Made by a program: the position numbers and the translations under genes
Source of the DNA: Candidatus Sulfotelmatobacter sp.
Lineage (GTDB): Bacteria; Acidobacteriota; Terriglobia; Terriglobales; Acidobacteriaceae
NCBI GenBank assembly: GCA_049584475.1
Contig: JBAUXX010000004.1
Location: forward strand, 5,218 to 69,217
Length of the DNA stretch: 64,000 bases
Direction: 5' to 3'
Notes under the pieces: model-generated
Told to the model about the DNA's origin: nothing
What the model saw: the letters and a program-made list of their open reading frames with translations, nothing else
The model's database searches: none
Shown: positions 29,304 to 39,424 of the stretch, piece after piece
Layout of the letters: each line of letters opens with the position of its first letter
Numbering within the stretch: the first letter of the stretch is position 1

Positions 29304-30380
29304 TTAAGACCTTTGGCTTCGCTTGACGCTTGCGTGCACTTTTTTTGAAATGTCCTTACCCGTGCGTCGGTGTGTCGATTCGCGGACAATCAACTCGGGC
29401 TGCATCACCACAGTTTCCGGCTTTGGGGGTGCTTTTGAGTTCAGAATGCGAAGCGCGATCCGCGCAGCTTCTTCTCCGATTTTCCGGCTGTGCTGGTCGA
29501 TGCTGGAGAGTGGAACGCGAAGTGAATCGTCGTAGTGGAGATTTCCGCAGCCAACGACCGCCAAATCCTGTGGAATTCGTACTCCGTGATCCAGCGCGTA
29601 ATTCATGGCACCCATTGCCAAAGGATCATTGAAGCAGAACAACCCGTCTGGTCTGGGATCGAGACTCAGGAGTTGGCCCATGGCTTCGGCACCACCCTGT
29701 TTTGTTCCTACGTCTCCCTTCTGTTGCGCGACGATGTAATCATCCATTACTTTCATCCCTGCTTGCGCGAGAGCTCGTTTATATCCTTCCATCCGGCGAA
29801 TCCCAGGACTGATCTCCGGTCCACAAATGTGAGCGATTCTTTTGCAGCCAATATCAATCAAGTGCCTGGTGGCCAGCCTCCCCACCGATTCATCGTCTAC
29901 CCCGACGAAATTCGCCGAAAGACCCGGCAAGCACCGATCGATCAATACATACGGTATGTTCTGCCTTTCGATGTGAAAGAAAACGTCTACCGTCGTCCGA
30001 CACGATGCAATGATTAATGTGTCGAGGCGGCGTGCCAGCAAGTGATTGATCTCCACCTCCTCGAGATCGGGATCTTCGTCGGAGGAGGAAACGATCAGAT
30101 AGTAGCCGCTTTGTCGCAAGACTTCGGAGAGAGACTTGGCAACTTCCGCAAAGAATGGGTGAAGCAGATCGGGAACCACCAGGCCCACAAGATAAGAGCG
30201 TCCGGTCACCAGGCTGCGAGCAGCAAAGTTGGGACGATAGTCCAGCTCTTTCACGCGCGCGAGGACCCGCTCGCGAGTCTCCGATCCGATGTCCGGATGA
30301 TTTCTCAGGACCTTGGAAATGGTGATCAGGGATACCCCAAGGTCTTTGGCGATGTCCTTCATTCGTATGTTCATAGGCAA
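29304..30380 (-). CDS. LacI family transcriptional regulator
   Basis: N-terminal HTH MKDIAKDLGVSLITISKVLRNHPDIGSETRERVLARVKELDYRPNFAARSL followed by a periplasmic-binding-protein-like sugar-binding core. Heads the minus-strand CAZyme gene string. Confidence 0.9.
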   Translation of the reverse strand: MPMNIRMKDIAKDLGVSLITISKVLRNHPDIGSETRERVLARVKELDYRPNFAARSLVTGRSYLVGLVVPDLLHPFFAEVAKSLSEVLRQSGYYLIVSSSDEDPDLEEVEINHLLARRLDTLIIASCRTTVDVFFHIERQNIPYVLIDRCLPGLSANFVGVDDESVGRLATRHLIDIGCKRIAHICGPEISPGIRRMEGYKRALAQAGMKVMDDYIVAQQKGDVGTKQGGAEAMGQLLSLDPRPDGLFCFNDPLAMGAMNYALDHGVRIPQDLAVVGCGNLHYDDSLRVPLSSIDQHSRKIGEEAARIALRILNSKAPPKPETVVMQPELIVRESTHRRTGKDISKKVHASVKRSQRS

Positions 30381-30528
30381 TTCGTCAGTTTAGAAACTCA
30401 GATCGCCCTCTTGTGCAGCAAAACCGTCGAACCTACATAGACCCTTGCCACGGAAGCCAGTTTCTGTGTCCCGAGTTTCTACGGTTGACATCGATAACTT
30501 TACCGATTATTTTCCACGGAGTACAGAG

Positions 30529-31542
30529 ATGAGAGCACTTGTGCTTCGCAAACCGGGCCAGGCCGATCTGGAGACCATCGCCGATCCGATGCTCACGGAC
30601 ATGAACGTCCTGCTCAAGGTCCGCATGGTGGGATTCTGTGGCAGCGATCTGAATTCGTTTCGTGGACTTAATCCACTAGTCACATATCCGCGCATTCTAG
30701 GACATGAAGTATCGGCGACCGTCGTTGAGGACCTCGGATCCGAGGCCGTATTGCCTGCTGGCACGAACGTAGCGGTCTCCCCATATACCAGTTGCGGCGA
30801 GTGCTCTTCTTGCCGGCGTGGCCGTCGGAACGCTTGCCAGTTCAACCAGACTCTCGGCGTGCAAAGGGATGGCGCCCTCACCGAATTCATTGTGATGCCG
30901 CGAGAAAAGCTGTATCCCGCTATGCTGACCCTGAAAGAGTTGTGCCTAGTGGAACCGCTTACCGTCGGGTTTCATGCCGTCGCACGTGGACGTGTCACTG
31001 CAGAAGATACGGTTGCGATTTGGGGTTCTGGCGGAGTGGGCCTTGGTGTCGTTGCAGCCGCAAGTTCCCGGCGTGCGCGCACGATCGGCATTGATGTGGA
31101 TGACGAAAAGCTCGCCTTGGCGCGCATGGCCGGCGCTCAGCTCACCATTAATAGCAGGCGAGAGTCGCTACACAACCGGTTGCTGGAAATGACCGAAGGT
31201 CGAGGACCGGATGTTGCCATCGAAGCGATTGGCACCGCGGCTACGTTCCGAGCCGCGGTCGAAGAGGTCGCATTCACTGGGCGCGTAGTGTACATCGGGT
31301 ATGCGAAGGAACCGGTCAGTTACGAAACCAGGCTGTTCGTTCAAAAAGAACTGGATATCGTCGGCTCCAGAAATGCTCAACCGGCGGATTTCGAGGCCGT
31401 GATCAAACTTCTGGAAGCGCAGACGTTCCCCGTTGATCAAGCTGTGAGTCTGGTTGTGCCCCTTGAGGAAGCAGCGGATGCACTGCGTTCCTGGAGCGAT
31501 AATCCGTCACGCTTCAGAAAGATTATTGTGAGGATGGACTGA
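30529..31542 (+). CDS. Zinc-dependent medium-chain dehydrogenase/reductase (sugar/polyol dehydrogenase type)
   Basis: Start trimmed to MRALVLRKPG (GGAG 7 nt upstream). GHEVSATV catalytic Zn site, CGECSSCRRGRRNAC structural Zn site and GSGGVGLG NAD(P) fold. Confidence 0.8.
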   Translation: MRALVLRKPGQADLETIADPMLTDMNVLLKVRMVGFCGSDLNSFRGLNPLVTYPRILGHEVSATVVEDLGSEAVLPAGTNVAVSPYTSCGECSSCRRGRRNACQFNQTLGVQRDGALTEFIVMPREKLYPAMLTLKELCLVEPLTVGFHAVARGRVTAEDTVAIWGSGGVGLGVVAAASSRRARTIGIDVDDEKLALARMAGAQLTINSRRESLHNRLLEMTEGRGPDVAIEAIGTAATFRAAVEEVAFTGRVVYIGYAKEPVSYETRLFVQKELDIVGSRNAQPADFEAVIKLLEAQTFPVDQAVSLVVPLEEAADALRSWSDNPSRFRKIIVRMD

Positions 31543-31637
31543 TGTTCTTTTTGTAGAGCTGCGCTGCTGCTCGACCAGGAAATTGCTGCCGAATTGAGCC
31601 GGCAGAAGTCCACGATGCGTCTGACGAAAGGGCAATA

Positions 31638-33281
31638 ATGTTTTCACGTCGTTTAGTCTCAATTCTTAAAGTTGGCGCAATTTTGTTACTGTCGTCCGCG
31701 GTTTCTATGGCGCACGCCCAGAGTGCCACGGCTCCGACTGCTACTCAGGAGCCGGCTAGCATCGATCAAATCTGGCAGAAAGCGAGCAGTAAATACGATT
31801 CAGAGCGCGCCACCTTGCTGAGAAAAGTCGACATCGTGGATCAGCAGGGTCCGTTCAGGGCGGACTGGGAATCACTTCAGAAGTATGAAGTGCCCGAATG
31901 GTACAAGGACGCGAAGTTCGGCATTTTCATCCATTGGGGAGCCTACTCAGTGCCTGCTTTCGGCAACGAATGGTATCCGCGAAATATGTACGTGCCGGGA
32001 TCGCCGGAATATAAACATCACGTGGCGACCTACGGTCCCCAGGACAAGTTCGGCTACAAAGATTTTCTCCCTATGTTTAAAGCCGAACACTTTGATCCAG
32101 CTGCGTGGGCGGAGCTTTTCAAGAAATCTGGAGCAAAGTACGTCGTTCCTGTGGCAGAGCACCACGATGGCTTTGCCATGTATGACAGCGGATTGAGCGA
32201 CTGGACCGCAGTCAAAATGGGCCCGCATCGCGACACCACCGGAGAACTGGGCAAAGCGGTCCGGGCTGTAGGACTGCACTTTGGAGTGTCGTCGCATCGA
32301 GTCGAACACAATTTCTTTCTCGGCGTGGGCCGCAGCGTTCCCTCGGATGTAAATGATCCCCAATACGCAGCATTCTACGGGCCGGCTCACAACTGGTTAT
32401 CTGCCCCCTGGGGCGTGCCTCTTAACGATGACTTCACTTACGTTTCTTCTGAATGGGCCGACGACTGGCTTGCACGCGGCGGGGAACTTGTGGAGAAATA
32501 TCATCCCGACATTGTCTACTTCGACTGGTGGATCGGACAGGCTTCGATCCGGCCGAATCTCGCCAAGTTCGCTGCCTTTTACTACAACAGTTCTCTGAAG
32601 TACGGTGATCACGTTGGAGTGATCAATTACAAAGACTATGCCATGCAAGAACACTCCGGCGTGCTCGATCTCGAGCGCGGCCAGCTTGGCGATATCCGTC
32701 CCCTCTATTGGCAGACCGACACTTCTGTTAGTAACAAATCATGGGGCTATATCAAGGATGACACGTTCAAGTCGCCGGAGTTCGTGGTCCATCAGCTCAT
32801 TGATATCGTCAGCAAAAATGGCAATTTGCTGTTGAACATCGGTCCACGATCTGATGGCACCATCCCGGAAGAAGCGCAGCAAGTGCTTCTCGATGTCGGC
32901 GCCTGGCTGAATGTGAATGGGGAGGCGATCTACGGCACTCGGCCGTGGAGGATTTATGGCGAAGGCCCAACCAAAGTAGCGGCGGGATCGTTTCACGATA
33001 CCGACACTACGCGCTATACAGCCGAGGATTTTCGTTTCACGACCAAAGGCAATGTGCTGTACGCGATCGGGCTCGACTGGCCGACCAATGGCGAGGCTGT
33101 AATTCGCTCGCTCACCTCGACCGTCGGCACCGAACATGTACAGTCCGTAACCTTGTTAGGCAGCGATGCGAAACTGCAATTCGACCAGCGAGCCGACGGT
33201 CTCCACGTGCGGATACCAGTCCAGGCTCCAGCCAAGTACGCGTACGCCCTCCGAATAATGTTCGCCCCCTCATCCCATTAA
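31638..33281 (+). CDS. Alpha-L-fucosidase, GH29
   Basis: 547 aa with a signal peptide. KFGIFIHWGAYSVPAFGNEWYPRNMY, AKYVVPVAEHHDGFAMYDS and LLLNIGPRSDGTIPE. Confidence 0.9.
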   Translation: MFSRRLVSILKVGAILLLSSAVSMAHAQSATAPTATQEPASIDQIWQKASSKYDSERATLLRKVDIVDQQGPFRADWESLQKYEVPEWYKDAKFGIFIHWGAYSVPAFGNEWYPRNMYVPGSPEYKHHVATYGPQDKFGYKDFLPMFKAEHFDPAAWAELFKKSGAKYVVPVAEHHDGFAMYDSGLSDWTAVKMGPHRDTTGELGKAVRAVGLHFGVSSHRVEHNFFLGVGRSVPSDVNDPQYAAFYGPAHNWLSAPWGVPLNDDFTYVSSEWADDWLARGGELVEKYHPDIVYFDWWIGQASIRPNLAKFAAFYYNSSLKYGDHVGVINYKDYAMQEHSGVLDLERGQLGDIRPLYWQTDTSVSNKSWGYIKDDTFKSPEFVVHQLIDIVSKNGNLLLNIGPRSDGTIPEEAQQVLLDVGAWLNVNGEAIYGTRPWRIYGEGPTKVAAGSFHDTDTTRYTAEDFRFTTKGNVLYAIGLDWPTNGEAVIRSLTSTVGTEHVQSVTLLGSDAKLQFDQRADGLHVRIPVQAPAKYAYALRIMFAPSSH

Positions 33282-33369
33282 CCTGGATCTTAGCTTCAAT
33301 TAAGCCAGCAAGAGAATCAGAAGAGGTGTATTATTCCCTAGAAATTATTCGCTAACTGTACCGATAACT

Positions 33370-34536
33370 ATGAATAAGGGACTGACCCTCCGGGAAATCG
33401 CGCGACTGGCCAAAGTGTCCACCGCCACAGTGTCGCGCGCCATTAATCGCATACCCACAGTCGACCCGGTTCTGGCCAGACGTATTCGAAAGGTGATTGA
33501 AAAGGAAGGCTACTTTCCGAACACAAACGCTCGCGCGCTGGTGCACGGACGCAGTCGTAGCCTCGGCCTCATCGTCTCCGAGATCACCAACCCCTTTTTC
33601 CCGGAGATAGTGCAAACCTTCGCGAAGCTGGGCGCTCAGCATAATTACGAAATCTTGTTGAGTTCTATCGACCACGATCCACGAATGTTGGAGATGGCGG
33701 CTCGACAAATGATTGAGCGTAGGGTGGGAGGAGTCGCGATTCTAACCTTTGGCGACGAGCTGCCGCTCATCGACGCCCTAACCACACGAAACGTGCCCGT
33801 GTTCGTCGTCGACGCGGATTCATCCGGGCCGTTGCTAAAAACCGTCCAGGTTGACTATGAGCATGGAATCCGGCAGGCTGTGCAGCATTTGGCGGCCTTG
33901 GGACATGAGCGTATCGCCTTTGTCGGCGGCCCACGAGATTTGAAAACCGCCACTATACGCAGATCCGCGGTTGAAAAATGCATGGAGGAGATCGGCTTAG
34001 AGCTTCGTCCGGAACTGTTCGTCGATGGTGATCATTCGATTGAAGCCGGCATGAAAGCGTTGTCTGCTCTCGCTGCCCTGCCGGATCGCCCTTCCGCTGT
34101 GCTCTGTTCAAACGATATGACCGCCATCGGCGTGATGCGAGCGGCATTCGACCTCCGTCTCAAGGTTCCGCGAGACTTGTCGGTCGTAGGATTCGATGAC
34201 ATCAGGTTGGCCCAATTCATGGCGCCACCACTCACCACAGTGCAGATGTCGCAGACCGAAATCGCCCAGTTGTCATTTTCAGCGTTACTCGATTTTCTGG
34301 AACCGACCCGCCATGGAAATGGGCGGCAGATGTATTCGATGAAGACTAACCTCATACTTCGACGATCGACGGCCCTCGCGCCTGGTTGCCTTGTGAACCG
34401 AGCGGCAACCGCACACTCCGAAGCAGATATGGTCCTGAAGCTTGCCGAGAAGATGCAATCGAGGAAGGATCGAACTCGTAGTCTGGAACCGCATCGAAGG
34501 GATATGTTCTCGGTTCCGCAACTTGAGTCCACATAA
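33370..34536 (+). CDS. LacI family transcriptional regulator
   Basis: HTH LTLREIARLAKVSTATVSRAINRIPTVDPVLARRIRKVIEKEGYFPNTNARAL followed by a sugar-binding core (SVVGFDDI). Carries a roughly 45-aa C-terminal tail beyond the usual length. Confidence 0.9.
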   Translation: MNKGLTLREIARLAKVSTATVSRAINRIPTVDPVLARRIRKVIEKEGYFPNTNARALVHGRSRSLGLIVSEITNPFFPEIVQTFAKLGAQHNYEILLSSIDHDPRMLEMAARQMIERRVGGVAILTFGDELPLIDALTTRNVPVFVVDADSSGPLLKTVQVDYEHGIRQAVQHLAALGHERIAFVGGPRDLKTATIRRSAVEKCMEEIGLELRPELFVDGDHSIEAGMKALSALAALPDRPSAVLCSNDMTAIGVMRAAFDLRLKVPRDLSVVGFDDIRLAQFMAPPLTTVQMSQTEIAQLSFSALLDFLEPTRHGNGRQMYSMKTNLILRRSTALAPGCLVNRAATAHSEADMVLKLAEKMQSRKDRTRSLEPHRRDMFSVPQLEST

Positions 34537-34732
34537 TCCCGCATTTTGCATTGAGCCGCGCCCGACGGGAACGATGGACCAATGCCGTCGCAAGCTCCCC
34601 TCTTACCAGCTGCGATTGCTCAGATGCCGATCTTTTTGCTACCCCACTCAAACTGACGGCGCCTGGGCGAACTCACCAGAAGTGTGGATGTCATATCATG
34701 TTGGAGCACAGGAGCAGGAATAATCCCGATCT

Positions 34733-37420
34733 ATGTTCATGCGAATCACAGCTTGTCTCCTCTTGACCGCGATCTCGGCCCCAGGCTCGTCTGGCGCCGA
34801 TTTTGCCATGAAGGTGACCGACAAGAATTATCTCGATACTCAAGGTTTCAGCGTTTTTCTTTACGACAGCACGTACCATCCGGTTTTTGTGGACCAAAAG
34901 AACACAGCCATGGAAATGATTCTCCACGGCCAGCGCATCGCCACCAACGGCGACGTGCGCCTGATGCCAACGCCGGAGCAGTGGGATTTGGTTGCAACTC
35001 TCAAAGGTCGCCATGCCGACAAAGAGAACAACCGACTCAGCGCCGACCTCGCGTTCCCGAACTTCGACTTCAGTTACACACTCGCAGTGGAAGCGGAACC
35101 GGGCGGCGTGAAGGTCAGCATCAATCTCGACAAGCCTCTACCGCAGAAACTGGCAGGGCGGGCCGGCTTCAACCTCGAGTTCCTACCCTCCATCTACCTG
35201 GGCAAGGCCTACCTGGTGGACGGAACCAAAGCCGGAATATTCCCGCGTACGCCGAACGATCCGATGACGAAGGTTTTGCCTCTGCCGGATGAACCGAAAA
35301 AAGCGTACTACCTGGAGGACTGGGATAAGGCCAAGGGATACACCCAGCCGCTGCCGTTCGCCGAGGGCAAGAGCATTACTCTCGGGGTTGACGACGCACT
35401 GGCCCGCGTGAACGTAGTGTCGGACACGGCGAACCTCATGTTGTTCGATGGACGCGACCGCGCGCAGAACGGCTGGTTCGTGCTGCGTTCGCTGATTCCT
35501 TCAGGCAAAACCACCGGCGCCATCGTCTGGCACATTAGGCCGGACGTGATTCCAAACTGGACACGGCCGCCGATGATCGCGCACAGCCAGGTCGGCTATG
35601 CGCCAGATTTCTCCAAGGTGGCGCTGCTCGAACTCGACCCGAAGTACAACGCTCCGAAGATGGCCAGAGTGTTGCGCCTGATGGAAGACGGGTCGTACAA
35701 GCAGGTGTTCGAGGGACCGATCACGCCTTCAACACCGTGGCTGCGCTACGTCTACTCGAAATTCGATTTCACTCCCGTGAAAGACCCCGGGCTCTATGTT
35801 ATCGAGTATGCAGACCAGCGCACGGCGCCCTTCCCCATCTCAAATGATGTTTACACGAACATCTGGCAGGACAGCCTCGACCATCACATTGCGGCGCAGA
35901 TGGATCACGTTTCCGTTCGCGAAGGCTACCGTATGTGGCACGGCGCCTCTCACCTCGATGATGGCCGCATGGCGCCCGTCGTTGGTGAGCAATTCGACGG
36001 CTGGAACCAAGCGACAGCAACGGACGGGAAATATAAAGGCGGCGATCACATCCGTGGGATGAACGTGGGCGGTTGGTACGATGCCGGTGACTTCGACCTC
36101 GAGGAGCCTGCGCAACTGAGCGTGATTCAGAGCCTGGCTCTGGCATATCGCGAATTCGATCTCAGGTACGACGAGCTTACGGTGGATGAAGCGGCCCGTG
36201 AGGTTGAGATGCACCGTCCCGATGGCGTGCCCGATACAGTGCAGCAAGTCAAGCACGGCGCACTGCTCATCCTGGCGCAGTTCCACAACATCGGCCACGC
36301 CATCCGCGGAACTCACGAGCCAGATCTGCGTCAGTACACACAAGTGGGCGACGGAGCGTCGAAAACTGACGGACGCATTTACGATCCGAAGCTCGGCCCG
36401 AACGAAACGAAGGGCGATTCCTCCGGCAAGCCGGACGATCGCTGGATCTTCACCACGAACAACTCGTACTTCCAGTGGAATGCCATTGCGGCGCTGGCTG
36501 CAGCAGCGGATACGCTGAAAGGCTGGGACGACGCATTAGCGAAAGACTGCCTTGAGGCCGCAATCAAAGCATGGAAGGACACGTCGGCGAATCCAACACT
36601 GTATCCGACATCCAGCGGGCCAGGCCGAGAAACTCCCGCAAACGGTGTGCTGGCGGCCTCTCAAGGTGTTGTCTCTGGCGAACAGGGCGCTGGTAAACCA
36701 AAGAGCATCTCGGGTGCTGCGACAAACTCGGCAGCACCGGCAGCTCCACCGACCGGCTTCGGCCGCGGCCGATCTTTTGTCGGCATGGACTGGGCCGCGG
36801 CTCTGGAGTTGACGATCGCCACCAATGGTGCCGAACCCTACAAGTCCAGGCTCAAGGAATTGTTTCCTCAGATGATTAGTCCGGAACAGATGGACTTCAA
36901 CGGTTGGAAAGCAGTCCGGGCGTTGTCTTATCTGGACGCGAGCGCGAAAGATCAAATGCGCGAAGCGGTAAAAACATACATGGCTGGTTTGGACAAGCGG
37001 CTGGACGAGACTCCGTTTGGCGTACCCCCGAGCCTCGGCACCTGGGGCGGCTCGGGCGCCGTGGTGGACATGGCGGTCCGAATGTATTTTCTCCACAAGA
37101 CGTTTCCGGATCTCGTGGGCCCGGAATACACACTTCGCGCGGTCAACTACATTCTCGGTACGCACCCGGTATCTAGCACTTCGTATGTAGCTGGAGTCGG
37201 CACAATCTCGAAGACGAAGACGTACAGCAACAATCGCTCCGACAATGCTTACATCCCGGGTGCCGTGATTCCGGGGTATATCATCATCAAGCCGGATTTT
37301 CCGGAGTGCATCGACGACTTCGGATTCCTCTGGTTTGAGGATGAAGCCGTTGTGGCCGGATCGGCAAGCTGGGTCGTGGCCGGCAACGCTGCGAACGCGA
37401 TCATTACGGAATCGAAGTGA
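34733..37420 (+). CDS. Divergent GH9-like glycoside hydrolase with long N-terminal extension
   Basis: 895 aa with a signal peptide. CelD_N-like Ig segment (MIAHSQVGYAPDFSKVALLELD), GH9 catalytic-base motif GGWYDAGDFDLE, SYVAGVG and a late FEDEAVVAGSASW. Confidence 0.6.
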   Translation: MFMRITACLLLTAISAPGSSGADFAMKVTDKNYLDTQGFSVFLYDSTYHPVFVDQKNTAMEMILHGQRIATNGDVRLMPTPEQWDLVATLKGRHADKENNRLSADLAFPNFDFSYTLAVEAEPGGVKVSINLDKPLPQKLAGRAGFNLEFLPSIYLGKAYLVDGTKAGIFPRTPNDPMTKVLPLPDEPKKAYYLEDWDKAKGYTQPLPFAEGKSITLGVDDALARVNVVSDTANLMLFDGRDRAQNGWFVLRSLIPSGKTTGAIVWHIRPDVIPNWTRPPMIAHSQVGYAPDFSKVALLELDPKYNAPKMARVLRLMEDGSYKQVFEGPITPSTPWLRYVYSKFDFTPVKDPGLYVIEYADQRTAPFPISNDVYTNIWQDSLDHHIAAQMDHVSVREGYRMWHGASHLDDGRMAPVVGEQFDGWNQATATDGKYKGGDHIRGMNVGGWYDAGDFDLEEPAQLSVIQSLALAYREFDLRYDELTVDEAAREVEMHRPDGVPDTVQQVKHGALLILAQFHNIGHAIRGTHEPDLRQYTQVGDGASKTDGRIYDPKLGPNETKGDSSGKPDDRWIFTTNNSYFQWNAIAALAAAADTLKGWDDALAKDCLEAAIKAWKDTSANPTLYPTSSGPGRETPANGVLAASQGVVSGEQGAGKPKSISGAATNSAAPAAPPTGFGRGRSFVGMDWAAALELTIATNGAEPYKSRLKELFPQMISPEQMDFNGWKAVRALSYLDASAKDQMREAVKTYMAGLDKRLDETPFGVPPSLGTWGGSGAVVDMAVRMYFLHKTFPDLVGPEYTLRAVNYILGTHPVSSTSYVAGVGTISKTKTYSNNRSDNAYIPGAVIPGYIIIKPDFPECIDDFGFLWFEDEAVVAGSASWVVAGNAANAIITESK

Positions 37421-37832
37421 CCAAGTGCTAAAGGCGCCCGGCGGCCTCGAGGAGCGTTGGTGGCTATCTTCTCAAGAACCGAAACCTACGGGATACTCGC
37501 TTGTGGCAGGCTTTTCCCGAGTCGAAATGCGAAAAGATTTTCGTACAATAAACGGCCGCTTCAGCACAGCCTTAAGTTCGCGCTTATGTGACCGGTAAAG
37601 CGTTCCATAAGCGCGTTTATCGTTACTGACGTAAGACCAACTTCTCACTTCGATTCTGAAGTCCGCCTAGCTAGACGTTCGCCTGCTCAGGCTGCTAATC
37701 TCAATAACGCACACCAAGGGTGCACCCCGTCCGCGGAAAGGGATCATCCCACCTTTGCACTTCTGGAACACCACAACCCACTCTCTTCTCGTCCGACGAA
37801 GCGGATCGCGGACTTTAAAGAAGGAGTGAGTC

Positions 37833-39371
37833 ATGGCTATTCGAGAACTTCCTGCGCACCCCAACCTTGAACATCTGAAGAACCAAGCCCGCACTCTGCT
37901 GCGGCAGGGCCTTGCATCTGACCCATCTGCGATCGCACGGTTTGCTGCATTTGGCATAACTACGACGACTCCAAAGCTCGCCGACGCCCTCCACATCATC
38001 GCCCGCGAGTACGGTTTCGACACCTGGCCGGCGCTCAAACTGCACGTTGATGTTGCCTCAGAAGAACCTGTCGAAGCGCTTACTGCCGCTATCAAAGCCA
38101 ACAACCCTTCACTCGTCCGAGATGTTCTGGCTCATCATCCCTCTCTCAAATTCCGCATCAATGAGCCGCTGCCGAACTACAGCTTCGATACGCCGCCCCT
38201 CATTGCTGCTGTTCAGAAGGAGAACCGCGAGATCATCGACGTGCTGCTCAATGCCGGCGCCAATGTGAACCAGCGTACCCGCTGGTGGGCTGGCAGCTTC
38301 GGCGTCCTCGATTGCGCCAGTTCTGGGCTTGCGGACTATCTCATCTCTCGCGGCGCAGTCATCGATATCCATGCGGCCGCGCGGCTTGGGAAAATCGACC
38401 GTGTCCGCGAACTCCTGGCGGCTGATCCGCAGCTTGTGCATGTACGCGGCGGTGACGGCCAACTACCACTCCATTTCGCTGCCACGGTTGAGATCGCCGC
38501 CCTGCTGCTCGACCACGGGGCCGACATCAACGCTCGCGACATCGACCATGAATCTACCGCCGCGCAGTACATGGCTTGCTCTCGGCAGTACCTGGAATGG
38601 CGAGAGCCCTATCGGCACGACGTTGCGCGCTTCCTCATCTCCCGCGGCGCCCAGACCGACATCTTGATGGCATCTGCCATCGGTGATCTCGCGCTCGTCG
38701 AGCGCATCCTCAACCACGATCCTGAGACGGTTCGCACCACTGTCAGTGAACGCTACTTCCCCAAGCGTGATCCGAAGTCCGGTGGGAGCATTTACATCTT
38801 TGGTTTCGGATGGACCAAGTCCCCGCACATGGTCGCGCACCAGTTTGAACACCCTGAAGTCTTCGCGCTCCTCATGCAGCGCAGCCCCAACTGGCTCCGC
38901 CTGATCAACGCCGCCGAAGTCGGCGATGAGTCTTACTTCCAGCACATCCTTATCGACCATCCGCAGCTATTTCAGAAGCTTTCAACCAACGCCGCCCGTC
39001 GCATCATCGGTGTGGCATTGCGCAACAACACCCGCGCTGCCCAGCAGCTTCTCTCGGCGGGCTGGCCTGCCGGCGCTGCAATGGACAACGGCCAAACCGC
39101 CCTCCACTTTGCTGCCTGGCACGGCAATCTAGAAATGGTTCGGGATCTCATCACCCACAACGCTCCCATCAACGTCTTTGAAACCGAGCATGGCGGCAGT
39201 CCACTTGCGTGGACGCTCCACGGTTCCCTCCATAGTTGGGAACGCGAAAGGGGCGATTATCCGGGCGTCACTCGGGCACTGCTCATCGCCGGAGCGGCCA
39301 TACCAAAGCCAGAGCGTCCGCTGGAGGCCGCTGAAGAGGTTTTGGCAATTATCGAGCAGCACGCCTCTTGA
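37833..39371 (+). CDS. Ankyrin repeat protein
   Basis: 512 aa. Several ANK repeats (e.g. PLIAAVQKENREIIDVLLNAGANVN; LPLHFAATVEIAALLLDHGADINARD; TALHFAAWHGNLEMVRDLITHNAPIN). No signal peptide seen. Confidence 0.85.
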   Translation: MAIRELPAHPNLEHLKNQARTLLRQGLASDPSAIARFAAFGITTTTPKLADALHIIAREYGFDTWPALKLHVDVASEEPVEALTAAIKANNPSLVRDVLAHHPSLKFRINEPLPNYSFDTPPLIAAVQKENREIIDVLLNAGANVNQRTRWWAGSFGVLDCASSGLADYLISRGAVIDIHAAARLGKIDRVRELLAADPQLVHVRGGDGQLPLHFAATVEIAALLLDHGADINARDIDHESTAAQYMACSRQYLEWREPYRHDVARFLISRGAQTDILMASAIGDLALVERILNHDPETVRTTVSERYFPKRDPKSGGSIYIFGFGWTKSPHMVAHQFEHPEVFALLMQRSPNWLRLINAAEVGDESYFQHILIDHPQLFQKLSTNAARRIIGVALRNNTRAAQQLLSAGWPAGAAMDNGQTALHFAAWHGNLEMVRDLITHNAPINVFETEHGGSPLAWTLHGSLHSWERERGDYPGVTRALLIAGAAIPKPERPLEAAEEVLAIIEQHAS

Positions 39372-39424
39372 GTTCGGACCAGTCACTACATGCGCGTTTG
39401 TGAGGACAGATCATCCCCGTGAGG

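Noticed and set aside
30485-30513. Sigma-70-like promoter TTGACA-n17-TATTTT upstream of the dehydrogenase gene
   Set aside because: The predicted transcription start would fall on or after the GGAG ribosome-binding site, only about 8 nt before the ATG. Promoter consensus in this phylum is also uncertain. This is too weak to list as a feature.
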